64,000 bases of DNA from an uncultured Nitrososphaerota archaeon (GTDB lineage Archaea; Korarchaeota; Korarchaeia; Korarchaeales; Korarchaeaceae): positions 82,205-146,204 of the forward strand of contig CAZQNA010000006.1 of NCBI GenBank assembly GCA_964594835.1, in the 5' to 3' direction. The translations under genes and the position numbers were made by a program. Below are positions 8,564-17,549 of the stretch, in pieces (positions within the stretch are counted from its first letter, which is position 1; each line of letters opens with the position of its first letter). The notes beneath the pieces are model-generated. The model was given only the letters and a program-made list of their open reading frames with translations. It made no database searches and was not told the DNA's origin.

Positions 8564-11500
8564 CTACCTGCCCCTCAAAGCCGCGGCCAGTAGGAGGGCA
8601 GCCGCGAGCGCCGCGGCCACGGCAGAAACGAACAGCAGGGCTGGGCGGGACGTCTCCACGTACAGCCCACCCACGGCCGGTCCGGGGGGAGGGCCGTTGT
8701 TGTTAACGCCTACGCTGGTCACGTAGGGGTCCGCCCCGCACAGCCTGCTATCCGTGTCCACGGTGGGGGGTCCGGGCGCGGTGTCGGATGTCGACAGCTC
8801 CCAATCCGCGCCGCTGGTTGTGAACACGCCGTTCGGGGTGAGGGCCAAGCTCCATGCGTCGCCGGCCCCGCCCGGGGAGTTAGGACCTGCCCAGAATAGC
8901 GCCCCCGGCGGCGGGTCCTCTATCCCCCCGTCCGACCCGTAGGCCACGTAGTCGACGAGCAGGCCGGACGAGTCGAACAGCCAGATGTCGTCTCCAACGT
9001 TCCGGAGCCTGGCGCGTGTGCCGACGTAGAAGTTCGCCGCCGAGGGGGCGCTCCCCACCCCGGGATCCCCCAGCCAGACAACCGCGTAGCTGCCCGCGGA
9101 GAAGACTGAGCCCGGTGGGAACGTGAACTCGAAATTCCCGGGGGACTCGCTCCCGTCCGTCAGGGTCCACCCGCTGACGTCGACGGAAGAGGAGAAGTAG
9201 ATCTCTATGAACTCGTCGTTGGTCGACGCAGTCAGCCCGGCGCCGCACTCGTTGTACAGGACCTCGTTTATGACCACCTCGCCGCGGTGAGGTGACGGAG
9301 ATCCGTAGGAGACGAGGGCGTACTGGTACCTGTCGGCCCCCGACCCCGGGGGAGACTCCCACGCCCCTCCAGACTCGGAGGCTGGATCGAACTCACCATC
9401 CCACGAGTAGACCTCCGGAGGCCTGACGAACCCGTTCAGCGTGAAGGAGTGTGGGTTGTACCGGTAGGTCCCACTCGAGTTGATCTCCACCTCCCTAACC
9501 CTCCACCAGGTGGAGATGTTCTCGTAATCGAAGTCGGGCGGTCCGTACCTCCCCGCGGAGTCCCAGGCGCCCGAGGCGTAGTCGGCCACGTCGTCCCCGT
9601 CGTCTCCTCCGCGGAAGATCTCCACGGTCAGCCCGAGGACGGCGCCCCCTCCCGAGTCCCTCACCTGGACGTACCCGAGCCAGTCCAGCGCGGCCTGTCC
9701 CAGCCCGTTTCCCGACACCGTGTTGTTCCCAACGACCCAGCTCAGGTTTGCCCACGGGTTGTCGAGCACGTAGAGGCCGAGCCCCCCGTTGTCTTGAATC
9801 ACGTTCCCCGAGATCCCCATCCCCCCGAACCCGAGGCCGAGCGACAGGACGTCGTCGGCGTGATCGTCCGGGTGCGAGGATTCGCCGTAGTAGGGCTCCA
9901 CCCTCACGCCGTCCAGGTCGTTGTCGTGAATCGAGTTCCCCGAGACGTTCCCCGAGGAGCCGACCCAGTAGACCCCCCACAGCTCGTTGTCCCAGACCTC
10001 GTTGCTTGCGTTCAGAACGAAGTTGGTGGTCCCGATGAGGATGACGCCGGCTCCCCTGTTGCCGGCCACCCTGTTGCCCTGCAGCAGGGTGGAGTCCGGG
10101 CCCTGAGCGGAACTCCCGTTCACCGGGAAGGGGTAGTGGATCTTGGGGGCGGCGTCGCACGCCACCGCGATGCCGGCTCCGTTCCCCAGCGACCTGTCAG
10201 CCAGGTAATTCCCCCACCGATCGAACGCCCCGACCCAGTTGCGGGAGACGTTGTTCCAGTCTGTCCCAGTTCCGTTAACGAAGATTCCCTCGTAAGCGTG
10301 TCCTCTGACGACGTTGCGGGCCACCAGGTTTCGGCTGGCGCCCCCCGTGATTATGATGCCCAGGCTCATGTTCACCGGGTCCGCCAAGATGTAGTTGTAC
10401 AGGACCTCGTTTCCATCGCTCCCCTGGCCCTCGATCGCCAGATCCTGCCAGGCGTTGTATCCCAGCGTGTTGTTGCGGACCACGTTGTCGTGGGCGCCCG
10501 CGGCGAGCGTCACACCCCCATCCCCGTTGCCCCACGCGAGCCCCGAGGCGTCCACCCCCACCATGTTGTACGCGACCACGTTCCCCTCGGTGGAGGACCC
10601 GGCTAGCAGGATGCCCTCGGCGCTGTTGTTCAGCACGAGGTTCCCGTCCCTCGCGGAGTCGGTTCGGTCAAGCCCGATGTAGTTGGCGAACGGCCCCCTC
10701 CCGCTCGTGGAGTTGGTCACGAGCGCGATCCCCGGCGAGAAGGACCTGGGGAGCCCGCTTTGATCGTACCCGTTTAGGGAGATGTTGTTTCCAAAGATCT
10801 CCATTCCCTCAACCGCGCCCATGAGCAGCACGCCGCCGCCAGGTGCGGTAACCCCGTTGTGGACTATCAGATTCCCGACTATCAACCCCCGCCCCACGGT
10901 GCCCGTCCCGTTGTCGGCCAGGGCGATCCCCCACACCCCGCTCCCCGCCACAGTGCTGTTCCTCACCTCAAGGCCGTACAGATCTGCCCCGTAGAGAAAG
11001 ACCCCGGACAGCCCGCACTCGAGGATTTCAGCCCTCTCTACGGCCGGCCCGGTTATCTCTCCGCCGACCATGTCGTTTCCCACCAGCACTCCGTACGTCC
11101 CGCAGTTGTGAAGCAGAGAGTCCCTCACCGTGACGTTGCTGGAGCGGATCGCGACACAGGCGGTGTCGGCGGTGACGTTTACCCCGAAGATCGTCAGGTT
11201 CCCGAAGTCTTGGGGGGCCCACCCGTACCTGGCGGAGAAGATCCCGACGTAGGAGTCGTACACCGTGAGGTTGGCGAGGATCACCTCGTCCTTTGCGAGG
11301 GTGACCAGGATGGCCTCTCCGGTGAACCCTCTGAGCGTCAGGTTTCTCACGATCGTCTGGCCCCACCAGACCGTTATCACAAGGCCGCTGGCGACGGCTC
11401 CCTGTCCGTCTATCACGACCTCTCCTGGGGCAGTGGCGCCGTCCAGCGTGACTGCCTCGGTGATCTGCGGCAGGGGCGACGAGAGGGCTATCGTTCCGGA

Positions 11501-11716
11501 TACGGAGAAGGTGATCACATCGACCCCCGGGTTGCTGTTCGCGGCCTCTATGGCCTCTCTCAGCGTGCACTCGGTGGCGTCGCATCCGCCGGTTCCCGGA
11601 TCGTTGAGACTGTTGACGGAGTAGGTGGCCCCCTCGACCCTCATGGCGGGGATTGCCAACGTAGCCACGAGCGCCAGGATCGCGATGGTAGCCGCCCTCC
11701 TGCCCAGATCCACCAT
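8564..11716 (-). CDS. Large cell-surface protein: CSLREA motif, parallel beta-helix repeats, lamin-tail-like domain, C-terminal membrane anchor
   Basis: Signal peptide from the likely ATG 11716 (MVDLGRRAATIAILALV); CTLREAI; many GNxI/NNxxxG beta-helix repeats; VVINEVLY...DEFIEI...VDYVAYG; AVGG plus TM plus RGR tail. Confidence 0.85.
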   Translation of the reverse strand: MVDLGRRAATIAILALVATLAIPAMRVEGATYSVNSLNDPGTGGCDATECTLREAIEAANSNPGVDVITFSVSGTIALSSPLPQITEAVTLDGATAPGEVVIDGQGAVASGLVITVWWGQTIVRNLTLRGFTGEAILVTLAKDEVILANLTVYDSYVGIFSARYGWAPQDFGNLTIFGVNVTADTACVAIRSSNVTVRDSLLHNCGTYGVLVGNDMVGGEITGPAVERAEILECGLSGVFLYGADLYGLEVRNSTVAGSGVWGIALADNGTGTVGRGLIVGNLIVHNGVTAPGGGVLLMGAVEGMEIFGNNISLNGYDQSGLPRSFSPGIALVTNSTSGRGPFANYIGLDRTDSARDGNLVLNNSAEGILLAGSSTEGNVVAYNMVGVDASGLAWGNGDGGVTLAAGAHDNVVRNNTLGYNAWQDLAIEGQGSDGNEVLYNYILADPVNMSLGIIITGGASRNLVARNVVRGHAYEGIFVNGTGTDWNNVSRNWVGAFDRWGNYLADRSLGNGAGIAVACDAAPKIHYPFPVNGSSAQGPDSTLLQGNRVAGNRGAGVILIGTTNFVLNASNEVWDNELWGVYWVGSSGNVSGNSIHDNDLDGVRVEPYYGESSHPDDHADDVLSLGLGFGGMGISGNVIQDNGGLGLYVLDNPWANLSWVVGNNTVSGNGLGQAALDWLGYVQVRDSGGGAVLGLTVEIFRGGDDGDDVADYASGAWDSAGRYGPPDFDYENISTWWRVREVEINSSGTYRYNPHSFTLNGFVRPPEVYSWDGEFDPASESGGAWESPPGSGADRYQYALVSYGSPSPHRGEVVINEVLYNECGAGLTASTNDEFIEIYFSSSVDVSGWTLTDGSESPGNFEFTFPPGSVFSAGSYAVVWLGDPGVGSAPSAANFYVGTRARLRNVGDDIWLFDSSGLLVDYVAYGSDGGIEDPPPGALFWAGPNSPGGAGDAWSLALTPNGVFTTSGADWELSTSDTAPGPPTVDTDSRLCGADPYVTSVGVNNNGPPPGPAVGGLYVETSRPALLFVSAVAAALAAALLLAAALRGR

Positions 11717-11764
11717 GCCCAGTCGGGCTGGGATGCCCGTCAGGTTCTCTTTAAACATCTCACG

Positions 11765-11820
11765 GCCTCACGATCAAGGATCAGATCAGATGTCGCCTCA
11801 CGATCAAGGATCAGATCAGA
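11765..11820. repeat. Tandem direct repeat, 2 x 26 bp (30-bp period)
   Basis: GCCTCACGATCAAGGATCAGATCAGA at 11765-11790 and 11795-11820. Confidence 0.9.
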
Positions 11821-11852
11821 CCAGACCCCGGAAAAGCGAAGCTATATCACCG

Positions 11853-13736
11853 CTAGTCGAGCTGGAGCCTCTCAGGCCTCCCCCGGCGTCGTCTTCCCTT
11901 ATCCTCAAGCAATCCGGGTATATACTCGGCGAGTGACTTTCTCCTCCTCCTGGCCAAGGCCTCCTCGATCGAGCTAGAGGTCACGACCTCGTAGACCCTG
12001 GCGACCTTCCCGGGCCTGCCCCTGAGAACCCTGCCGACCCTCTGGGCCATCTGTCTCGGAGACCCGCTCCCGCTGGCTATGATGGCCACATCGGCGTCGG
12101 GCACGTCGATCCCCTCGTCCAGCACCCTGGTCGTCACTATCACGTCCAGGTCGCACCTCCTGAAGGCGTCGAAGATCTCGGCCCTCTCCCTGGTCTTCCC
12201 CACCATCAGGGCCGATCTGATGCCCCTCTTTTCAAGCTCCCCCTGAATGGCCTCGGCCTGATCCACGTACTCGCAGAACACCAGTATCTTGCGCCCCCCC
12301 TCCGACTCCACGATGGACGCCACGACGGGGATCTTTGCCCTCGCCCTCAGGGCGTGCCTCTTCATCACGGCCAGCCTCGCGTTCTCATCCCTTACCCTGG
12401 CCAGCTGGGCCATCATGGCCCTGCGCTCGTCGGGCTCCATCCTGACCCTGACCACCCTGTGCTCCAGCCTGGCGAGCACGCCCATATTTACAAGCTCCCT
12501 GTACCCCACCTTGTAAACCACGTCTCCCGAGGAGAGGAAGATCAGGTGCTCGTTTCCGTCGCTCCTCTCCGGCGTGGCGGACAGGCCCAGGCGGTACTTG
12601 GCTCTGCTGGCGAAGGCGACCTTCCTGAACGTGCTAGCTGGCACGTGGTGGACCTCGTCGAAGATCACGAGGCCGAAGAGGTTCCTCAGCCTGTCGATGT
12701 GCTTGGCGACCGAGTTGTATATCCCGACCACGACGCCGGGCGACAGGTCCTTCTCCCTCCCGCTGAACTCCCCCGTAGTAACTCCCAGCTTGGACTCGAT
12801 GAGTTCCCTCCACTGCGTGGCTAGCTCTGCCGTGACCACACAGACAAGCGTCCTCTGCCTCGTCCTGGCGATGGCCTCTAGCCCGACGAAGGTCTTCCCT
12901 CCCCCCGTGGGGATCACAACGGTGCCGAACCTCTCGGCCCTCTCCCACCTATCTACGGCCTCCCTCTGGAAGGGGTAGAGCTCGTAATCCCTGCTCGGAA
13001 CTTCGATTGGTTGGGATGGCCACGAGACGTCCTCTTCAAACTCCAGCCCCTCGAAGCTGGCGAACCTCTTGAGGTGGTGGTACATGAATGGGGGGACCAC
13101 GTGGGCCAGCCTGCCCACCCGCCTCGCCAGCCTCATCCTCCTGGTCTCGAGACCCCGCCTGGTCTGGACGTTGACGCTCACGGTGAAGAGATCCTCCAGC
13201 CTCGAGAGCTGGTCTGGGGTGAGGCCCCCGGCCTCCAGGAGGATTCCCTCCTCGTGGTCCCGCACCGTCAACCTCCCCGGACCCCGGACCCTGGAGGCCG
13301 CCAGCCTGACGAGGTCCTCCCTCCAGTACCCGCCCACGGATCTCGCCAGCCTGAGCGCGCCGTCGATCCCCTCTGAGGACACGATCGCCGCGAGCTCGTC
13401 GGGATCGACGACGAGATAGTCCCCCTCCCTCCTGAAGGGGCGGACACGCCCATCTCCCGGGAGGAAGACGGCCAGCACCCCTCTCTCCGCCATCTCCCTC
13501 AGCCTGCCGTCCACCGACGACCTGAAGACCTCGACGACCTCCCTCACCGCGTCCTCCGGCACCCCGATCCTCCTGAGGACGTCCCACCCTCTGGACAGCG
13601 CAAGCCCGGGATCCAAGACCCACGCCTTCTCCCCGGGGTCGAACCTGCAGATCTCCCTGATCAGCCCCAGGACCTCTTCGAACTCGTCGTCCCCAAGGCT
13701 CTTCACGAAGCTCTTCGATCCTACCCTGACCCTCAA
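11853..13736 (-). CDS. Superfamily II helicase, XPB/Rad25-like, with N-terminal extension
   Basis: LYPFQREA Q-motif, PTGGGKT, DEVH, LSATPER, DEGIDVP, QRVGRVLR. Likely TTG start at 13736 with an abutting GGAGG. Confidence 0.9.
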   Translation of the reverse strand: MRVRVGSKSFVKSLGDDEFEEVLGLIREICRFDPGEKAWVLDPGLALSRGWDVLRRIGVPEDAVREVVEVFRSSVDGRLREMAERGVLAVFLPGDGRVRPFRREGDYLVVDPDELAAIVSSEGIDGALRLARSVGGYWREDLVRLAASRVRGPGRLTVRDHEEGILLEAGGLTPDQLSRLEDLFTVSVNVQTRRGLETRRMRLARRVGRLAHVVPPFMYHHLKRFASFEGLEFEEDVSWPSQPIEVPSRDYELYPFQREAVDRWERAERFGTVVIPTGGGKTFVGLEAIARTRQRTLVCVVTAELATQWRELIESKLGVTTGEFSGREKDLSPGVVVGIYNSVAKHIDRLRNLFGLVIFDEVHHVPASTFRKVAFASRAKYRLGLSATPERSDGNEHLIFLSSGDVVYKVGYRELVNMGVLARLEHRVVRVRMEPDERRAMMAQLARVRDENARLAVMKRHALRARAKIPVVASIVESEGGRKILVFCEYVDQAEAIQGELEKRGIRSALMVGKTRERAEIFDAFRRCDLDVIVTTRVLDEGIDVPDADVAIIASGSGSPRQMAQRVGRVLRGRPGKVARVYEVVTSSSIEEALARRRRKSLAEYIPGLLEDKGRRRRGRPERLQLD

Positions 13737-13828
13737 CCTCCGTACCGGCTGCCGCCCCAGAATAAAACTCGCGGCTCCGGGCCCGGAACTCGGCGTGTTG
13801 TTCAAAAATATTGACAGTAAAACGATAG

Positions 13829-13843
13829 AAAAAAATTAAATTC
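13829..13843 (+). promoter_or_regulatory. Archaeal BRE/TATA-like promoter of the SHOCT operon
   Basis: A-tract followed by TTAAAT in the AT-rich divergent intergenic region. Confidence 0.5.
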
Positions 13844-14012
13844 AGTCCGAATGCCGTAGGAAGCGAGCCCCAGTTAGGGGTCTCGCTTAGTCGAGGGCCA
13901 AGAGGTGTGCCCTGGGGGTGTGGCCCTCCGGGTGACGTCCCCTCCGGGCGCGCCCGGGTGAGCGGCCCTAGGACATGCTTCTTCTGGCCTGTGCGACCGA
14001 GGTGAGGCTCCG

Positions 14013-14951
14013 TTGGGTTCACCTGATGAGCGGATCAGGAGGCTCGAGGAGTTGAGGAGGAGCGGGAAGATAAGCGAGGAGCTCTACAGGGAGCTGAGGG
14101 CCAAGTACGAGGCCGAGGCTACTGGACTGGCTCGAAGGGTCTCGGAGAGGAGGGAAAAGGGCGCCAAGGAGAGGGGAACGTCCCTGGGCAAGCTGATCCC
14201 GGCCGTCGTCCTCGTGTTGCTCGTCGTGGGCGGGGCCATGTACGCGCTTCGGGGGAGGTCCGGCCTGGCGGGGGGAGGGCCGACTCCAACATCAACGGGG
14301 GCGGGGGAGATCCCCCCAGAGTCGAGTCCAACGTCGCCCCCGGGCCCCGGAGGTCAGGCCGGCGGCGGAGCTGGGGCTGGGGCGGTCACGTTTGAGCAGG
14401 CCCTGGGGACGGCCGCCTCGGCGGCCCGCTCCTGGTGCCCTGACTCGTACCCGATCGAGGGCACCCTGCCCTGGATGGGCAGGGATTCAACCCTCCCCGG
14501 GTTCAGGGGGCTGGCCTCCGAGTGGGCGTTCAGGTTCTTCTGTCCCGGATCCAGAAAGACGGCCACGTTCCGGTACGTCTCGGGGTCGGTGGAGCAGGAG
14601 GAGATACTCGGTGAGCGCGAGTTCGAGTGGTCCCCCGACTTCACGCCTCAGCCGCTGAGCCCGATGGTGAGCGGCACCTCGGCCTTCGCCATCGCCTACA
14701 CGTCGGGCGGTCGTCAGTTCGTCCAGGATCACCTGGGCGAGACGGTCTACGTCTTCATGGCAGTTGCCGGCTCTGACGTGGGGCGCTACTACGGTTGGAG
14801 CAACCTATACGGATGGCCCGGCGAGGTCAGCTCTGAGGAGGCGTGGGTAGTGATCTTCGCGCTCGGGGGAGGGGGCGAGGCCTACGGGGTTTGCCTGGAC
14901 GCGGACACGGGTGAGGTGCTGGCTGCCGAGGGCTTCACCCCGGGAGGGTAG
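14013..14951 (+). CDS. SHOCT-like domain + TM + Pro/Gly linker + extracellular PepSY-like domains
   Basis: LEELRRSGKISEELYRELR; TM LIPAVVLVLLVVGGAMYAL; VTFEQAL...WAFRF and WVVIF...VCLDADTGEVL. Confidence 0.7.
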   Translation: MGSPDERIRRLEELRRSGKISEELYRELRAKYEAEATGLARRVSERREKGAKERGTSLGKLIPAVVLVLLVVGGAMYALRGRSGLAGGGPTPTSTGAGEIPPESSPTSPPGPGGQAGGGAGAGAVTFEQALGTAASAARSWCPDSYPIEGTLPWMGRDSTLPGFRGLASEWAFRFFCPGSRKTATFRYVSGSVEQEEILGEREFEWSPDFTPQPLSPMVSGTSAFAIAYTSGGRQFVQDHLGETVYVFMAVAGSDVGRYYGWSNLYGWPGEVSSEEAWVVIFALGGGGEAYGVCLDADTGEVLAAEGFTPGG

Positions 14952-14959
14952 GTGGTGAG

Positions 14960-15865
14960 ATGAGTTCTCCCGAGGAGAGGCTGAGGAAGCTGGAGGAGGC
15001 CCTCCTGGAGGGTAGAATAAGCGAGGAGACCTACAGGGAGCTGAGGGCCAAGTACGAGGCCGAGGCCAGGGCGGCTGGAAGACCAGCCCGCCCACCCGCC
15101 CCGGCTCGCCAGCGGGGGAGGAGCGGGAAGTGGCTAGCGGCGGCCTTGGGGGTCCTGATCCTGCTGGCGGCAGCTGGTCTTTGGTTCTGGGTCGTCCCGC
15201 ATTGGCAGGGTCAGACTAGCCCTCTCCCAACCACCCCCGCCCCTCCGCCGGGCGGGGGTGGAGGTGGAGGTGGAGGTGGAGGCGGGGGCGGGCCGAGCCC
15301 CCCCATTACGACCACGACGCCGCCTGCATCGTCAGGTCGACCCCAAGAGGGCGTCCCCGCGGTGAGGCCGGGGTGGGCGACCTACAGGCTGACCCAGGCT
15401 GGGCAGGGGGCGGTCACGGTCACGTTCAGGATCTCCGGCCCGGAGCCCAAGGAGGGGAGGTCTTGCTGGAGGTACGTGACCCAGACGTGCCCCGAGGGAC
15501 TATGCGACGTGATGTACAGCGAGACTGTCGTGTGGCTCGACGAGAACACCCTGGAGCCCGTGTACTGGGAGATGAACGTCTACCAGGGTGAGAACAGGGT
15601 GGTCCACCAGGAGGGCGCCGGGGGTCCCTCGGGCAAGCAGGTCTACGACCCCTCCAGGGTCCCGAGGGAGGCCACCTACCTGGGGAGGGAGTCCGTGACG
15701 GTTCCCGCCGGGACGTTCACCTGCGACAAGTTCTCCGTGTCGAAAGACGGTGTCACCACGACCATCTGGGTCAGCGACGAGGTCCCCTCGATCGGGATAG
15801 TGAGGCTCGCCACTGAGGTGGAGGGCATCGAGTCAGAGATGGTGCTCGTGGACTACGGCCACTGA
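14960..15865 (+). CDS. SHOCT-like domain + TM + poly-Gly linker + DUF3108-like beta domain
   Basis: LLEGRISEETYRELR; TM WLAAALGVLILLAAAGLWFWVV; ESVTVPAGTFTC and TIWVSDEVPSIGIVR. Confidence 0.75.
   Translation: MSSPEERLRKLEEALLEGRISEETYRELRAKYEAEARAAGRPARPPAPARQRGRSGKWLAAALGVLILLAAAGLWFWVVPHWQGQTSPLPTTPAPPPGGGGGGGGGGGGGGPSPPITTTTPPASSGRPQEGVPAVRPGWATYRLTQAGQGAVTVTFRISGPEPKEGRSCWRYVTQTCPEGLCDVMYSETVVWLDENTLEPVYWEMNVYQGENRVVHQEGAGGPSGKQVYDPSRVPREATYLGRESVTVPAGTFTCDKFSVSKDGVTTTIWVSDEVPSIGIVRLATEVEGIESEMVLVDYGH
14961..15091 (+). repeat. 131-bp inverted repeat, left arm
   Basis: Identical to the reverse complement of 17239-17369; encodes the shared N-terminus SSPEERLRKL...AAGRPAR. Confidence 0.95.
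15257..15280 (+). repeat. (GGTGGA)4 microsatellite within the poly-Gly linker
   Basis: Four exact hexamer copies inside a 14-Gly run. Confidence 0.85.
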
Positions 15866-15872
15866 GGGTTCG

Positions 15873-15890
15873 CAGGGGGGCGACCCCCTG
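15873..15890 (+). terminator. GC-rich hairpin with a GCGA tetraloop, 8 nt after the stop codon
   Basis: CAGGGGG-GCGA-CCCCCTG, a perfect 7-bp stem. Function is inferred. Confidence 0.4.
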
Positions 15891-15972
15891 AGCAGCCGGT
15901 GTGTTAGATCACGCCATTCTGTAAAATTTATTTCCAAAAAAGTTATAATACACTCCTAAAACGAAACGAGCA

Positions 15973-16626
15973 ATGGAGAGAGTGGATAGAGAGGCCCAGA
16001 TAAGGCGGAAGATGAAGGAGCTCAAGAGGCTCCGGAAGTCCGGGGAGATATCGGAGCCCACCTACCGCAAGATGATGGCCGAGCTGGAGGCGGAGCTCAG
16101 GGAGGCGAAAGAGGCGAAGAGAAAGAGGGGCAGGGAGGCTGCAAAGGCCGGGCGGCGGGGGGTTCAGCTCCCCTCTCTGCCGGGTCTTCCCTCCAGGGCA
16201 CCCCGGAGGCGAGCGAGCTGGGTGCCACCCGTCCTCGGGGCCGTATTTGGCCTCCTCACGCTGGCGATCGCCTCGATCTACAGGCCAAGCGCGCTGGGCA
16301 GCTTCTCCGGACTCTTCATCCTGCCTGCCGCCGCGGGATTCGCCTGCGGCGTCCCCTGCTCGCTGGGCGGGGGCGGCCTTCGCGAGGCCTCCTACGCAGT
16401 CCTGGGCTCCCTGCTGGCCTACTCCCTGCTGTCGGCCGGGGCCCTGAAGACCTCGGCCGCTTGGGCCGGGGCCCTGGCCTCCACGCTCCTCACTCCAGAG
16501 GCCTCTGGCGATCCCCTCAGGCTGTCGGTCTCGGCATTCCTCTGTCTCCTCGCGCCGGCGTTCATCGGCGGGTACGCCGCCACGAAGGCCATCCCGAGGA
16601 GGGGGAGGCGATCCTCATGGGTCTGA
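15973..16626 (+). CDS. SHOCT-like domain + four-TM membrane protein
   Basis: LKRLRKSGEISEPTYRKMM, then about 4 hydrophobic helices. Has its own AT-rich promoter at about 15920-15950. Confidence 0.75.
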   Translation: MERVDREAQIRRKMKELKRLRKSGEISEPTYRKMMAELEAELREAKEAKRKRGREAAKAGRRGVQLPSLPGLPSRAPRRRASWVPPVLGAVFGLLTLAIASIYRPSALGSFSGLFILPAAAGFACGVPCSLGGGGLREASYAVLGSLLAYSLLSAGALKTSAAWAGALASTLLTPEASGDPLRLSVSAFLCLLAPAFIGGYAATKAIPRRGRRSSWV

Positions 16627-16970
16627 TTGACGTCCTGATCAGGGGTGTGGTGCTGACCGACGCCCTGATTCGGAACCTGATGATGAGGGATACCCTGCCG
16701 ATACACGCCTCTCTGGACTTTGGACTGGCCACGCTCGGGCTAGTGGGGCTCCTCTACCTCACCAACCTGAGGAAGAGGGCCGGCTTCTGGCTGGGGGTAT
16801 TCGGACTCGGGGCCACGAGCTTCGTCTTCAGGAGCAAGATAGCAGGCGGGCTGCTCTCGCTTCTCTTCCTGAAGAGGTTCTGGAAGACCTTCCTGATACT
16901 TGTCCTGTCCCTCCTCCTCATATATCAGGGAGTCGGGGACCTAGCCCTGATGTCCGTCGGCCTGCGCTGA
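16617..16970 (+). CDS. Small integral membrane protein (about 3 TM)
   Basis: ATG 16617 overlaps the end of the upstream gene; hydrophobic helices; host-like codon usage. Confidence 0.7.
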   Translation: MGLIDVLIRGVVLTDALIRNLMMRDTLPIHASLDFGLATLGLVGLLYLTNLRKRAGFWLGVFGLGATSFVFRSKIAGGLLSLLFLKRFWKTFLILVLSLLLIYQGVGDLALMSVGLR

Positions 16971-16995
16971 CCCCCTCACATTCCTCTCAGGCCGC

Positions 16996-17370
16996 TCAGG
17001 CGGACTCCAGCCTCCGTCTCTCCGCCTCCAGCTGCCTCATGTCAGAGATCAGCGACTTGAGCTCGGGATCCGTGGGCTCATACTCGCCGCTCTCTATCAG
17101 CCTGAATACCCTCCACCCGATCTTCTGCGCGACCTTGTCCATCTTTCCCTCGATCAGCTTGATCTCGGCCTTGGCCTTGGCGCTCTCGAGGCTCTCCTTT
17201 ATCTTATCCAGAACCCCTCCCTCCTCGCCCTCCTCCTTGCGGGCTGGTCTTCCAGCCGCCCTGGCCTCGGCCTCGTACTTGGCCCTCAGCTCCCTGTAGG
17301 TCTCCTCGCTTATTCTACCCTCCAGGAGGGCCTCCTCCAGCTTCCTCAGCCTCTCCTCGGGAGAACTCAA
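16996..17370 (-). CDS. Soluble SHOCT-like + coiled-coil protein
   Basis: First 44 aa match the 14960 product (TTG start), followed by a helical domain AKAKAEIKLIEGKMDKVAQKIGWRVF. Confidence 0.8.
   Translation of the reverse strand: MSSPEERLRKLEEALLEGRISEETYRELRAKYEAEARAAGRPARKEEGEEGGVLDKIKESLESAKAKAEIKLIEGKMDKVAQKIGWRVFRLIESGEYEPTDPELKSLISDMRQLEAERRRLESA
17239..17369 (-). repeat. 131-bp inverted repeat, right arm
   Basis: Exact reverse complement of 14961-15091. Confidence 0.95.
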
Positions 17371-17549
17371 CGCGGGAGCACCTTAGAGGTTCATCCGGCC
17401 TCTCTTTTTACCCTTTCCAACCCCATAACCGCTCTCGGTCACTACGCGTTAAATCTGTTGACGGTCCTCTCGCCATCCAGACCGCCCGAGCGCCGGCTCG
17501 GCCGCCGCAACGTTAATGGCCTGTCCGGGCCGTCCCCTTGGGCGGTACG

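Noticed and set aside
11765-11820. Possible mini-CRISPR array
   Set aside because: Only two repeats with a 4-bp gap, no spacer-length sequence and no cas genes.
14961-17369. Composite transposon or MITE ends
   Set aside because: The inverted repeats are protein-coding 5' ends, with no transposase or target-site duplication.
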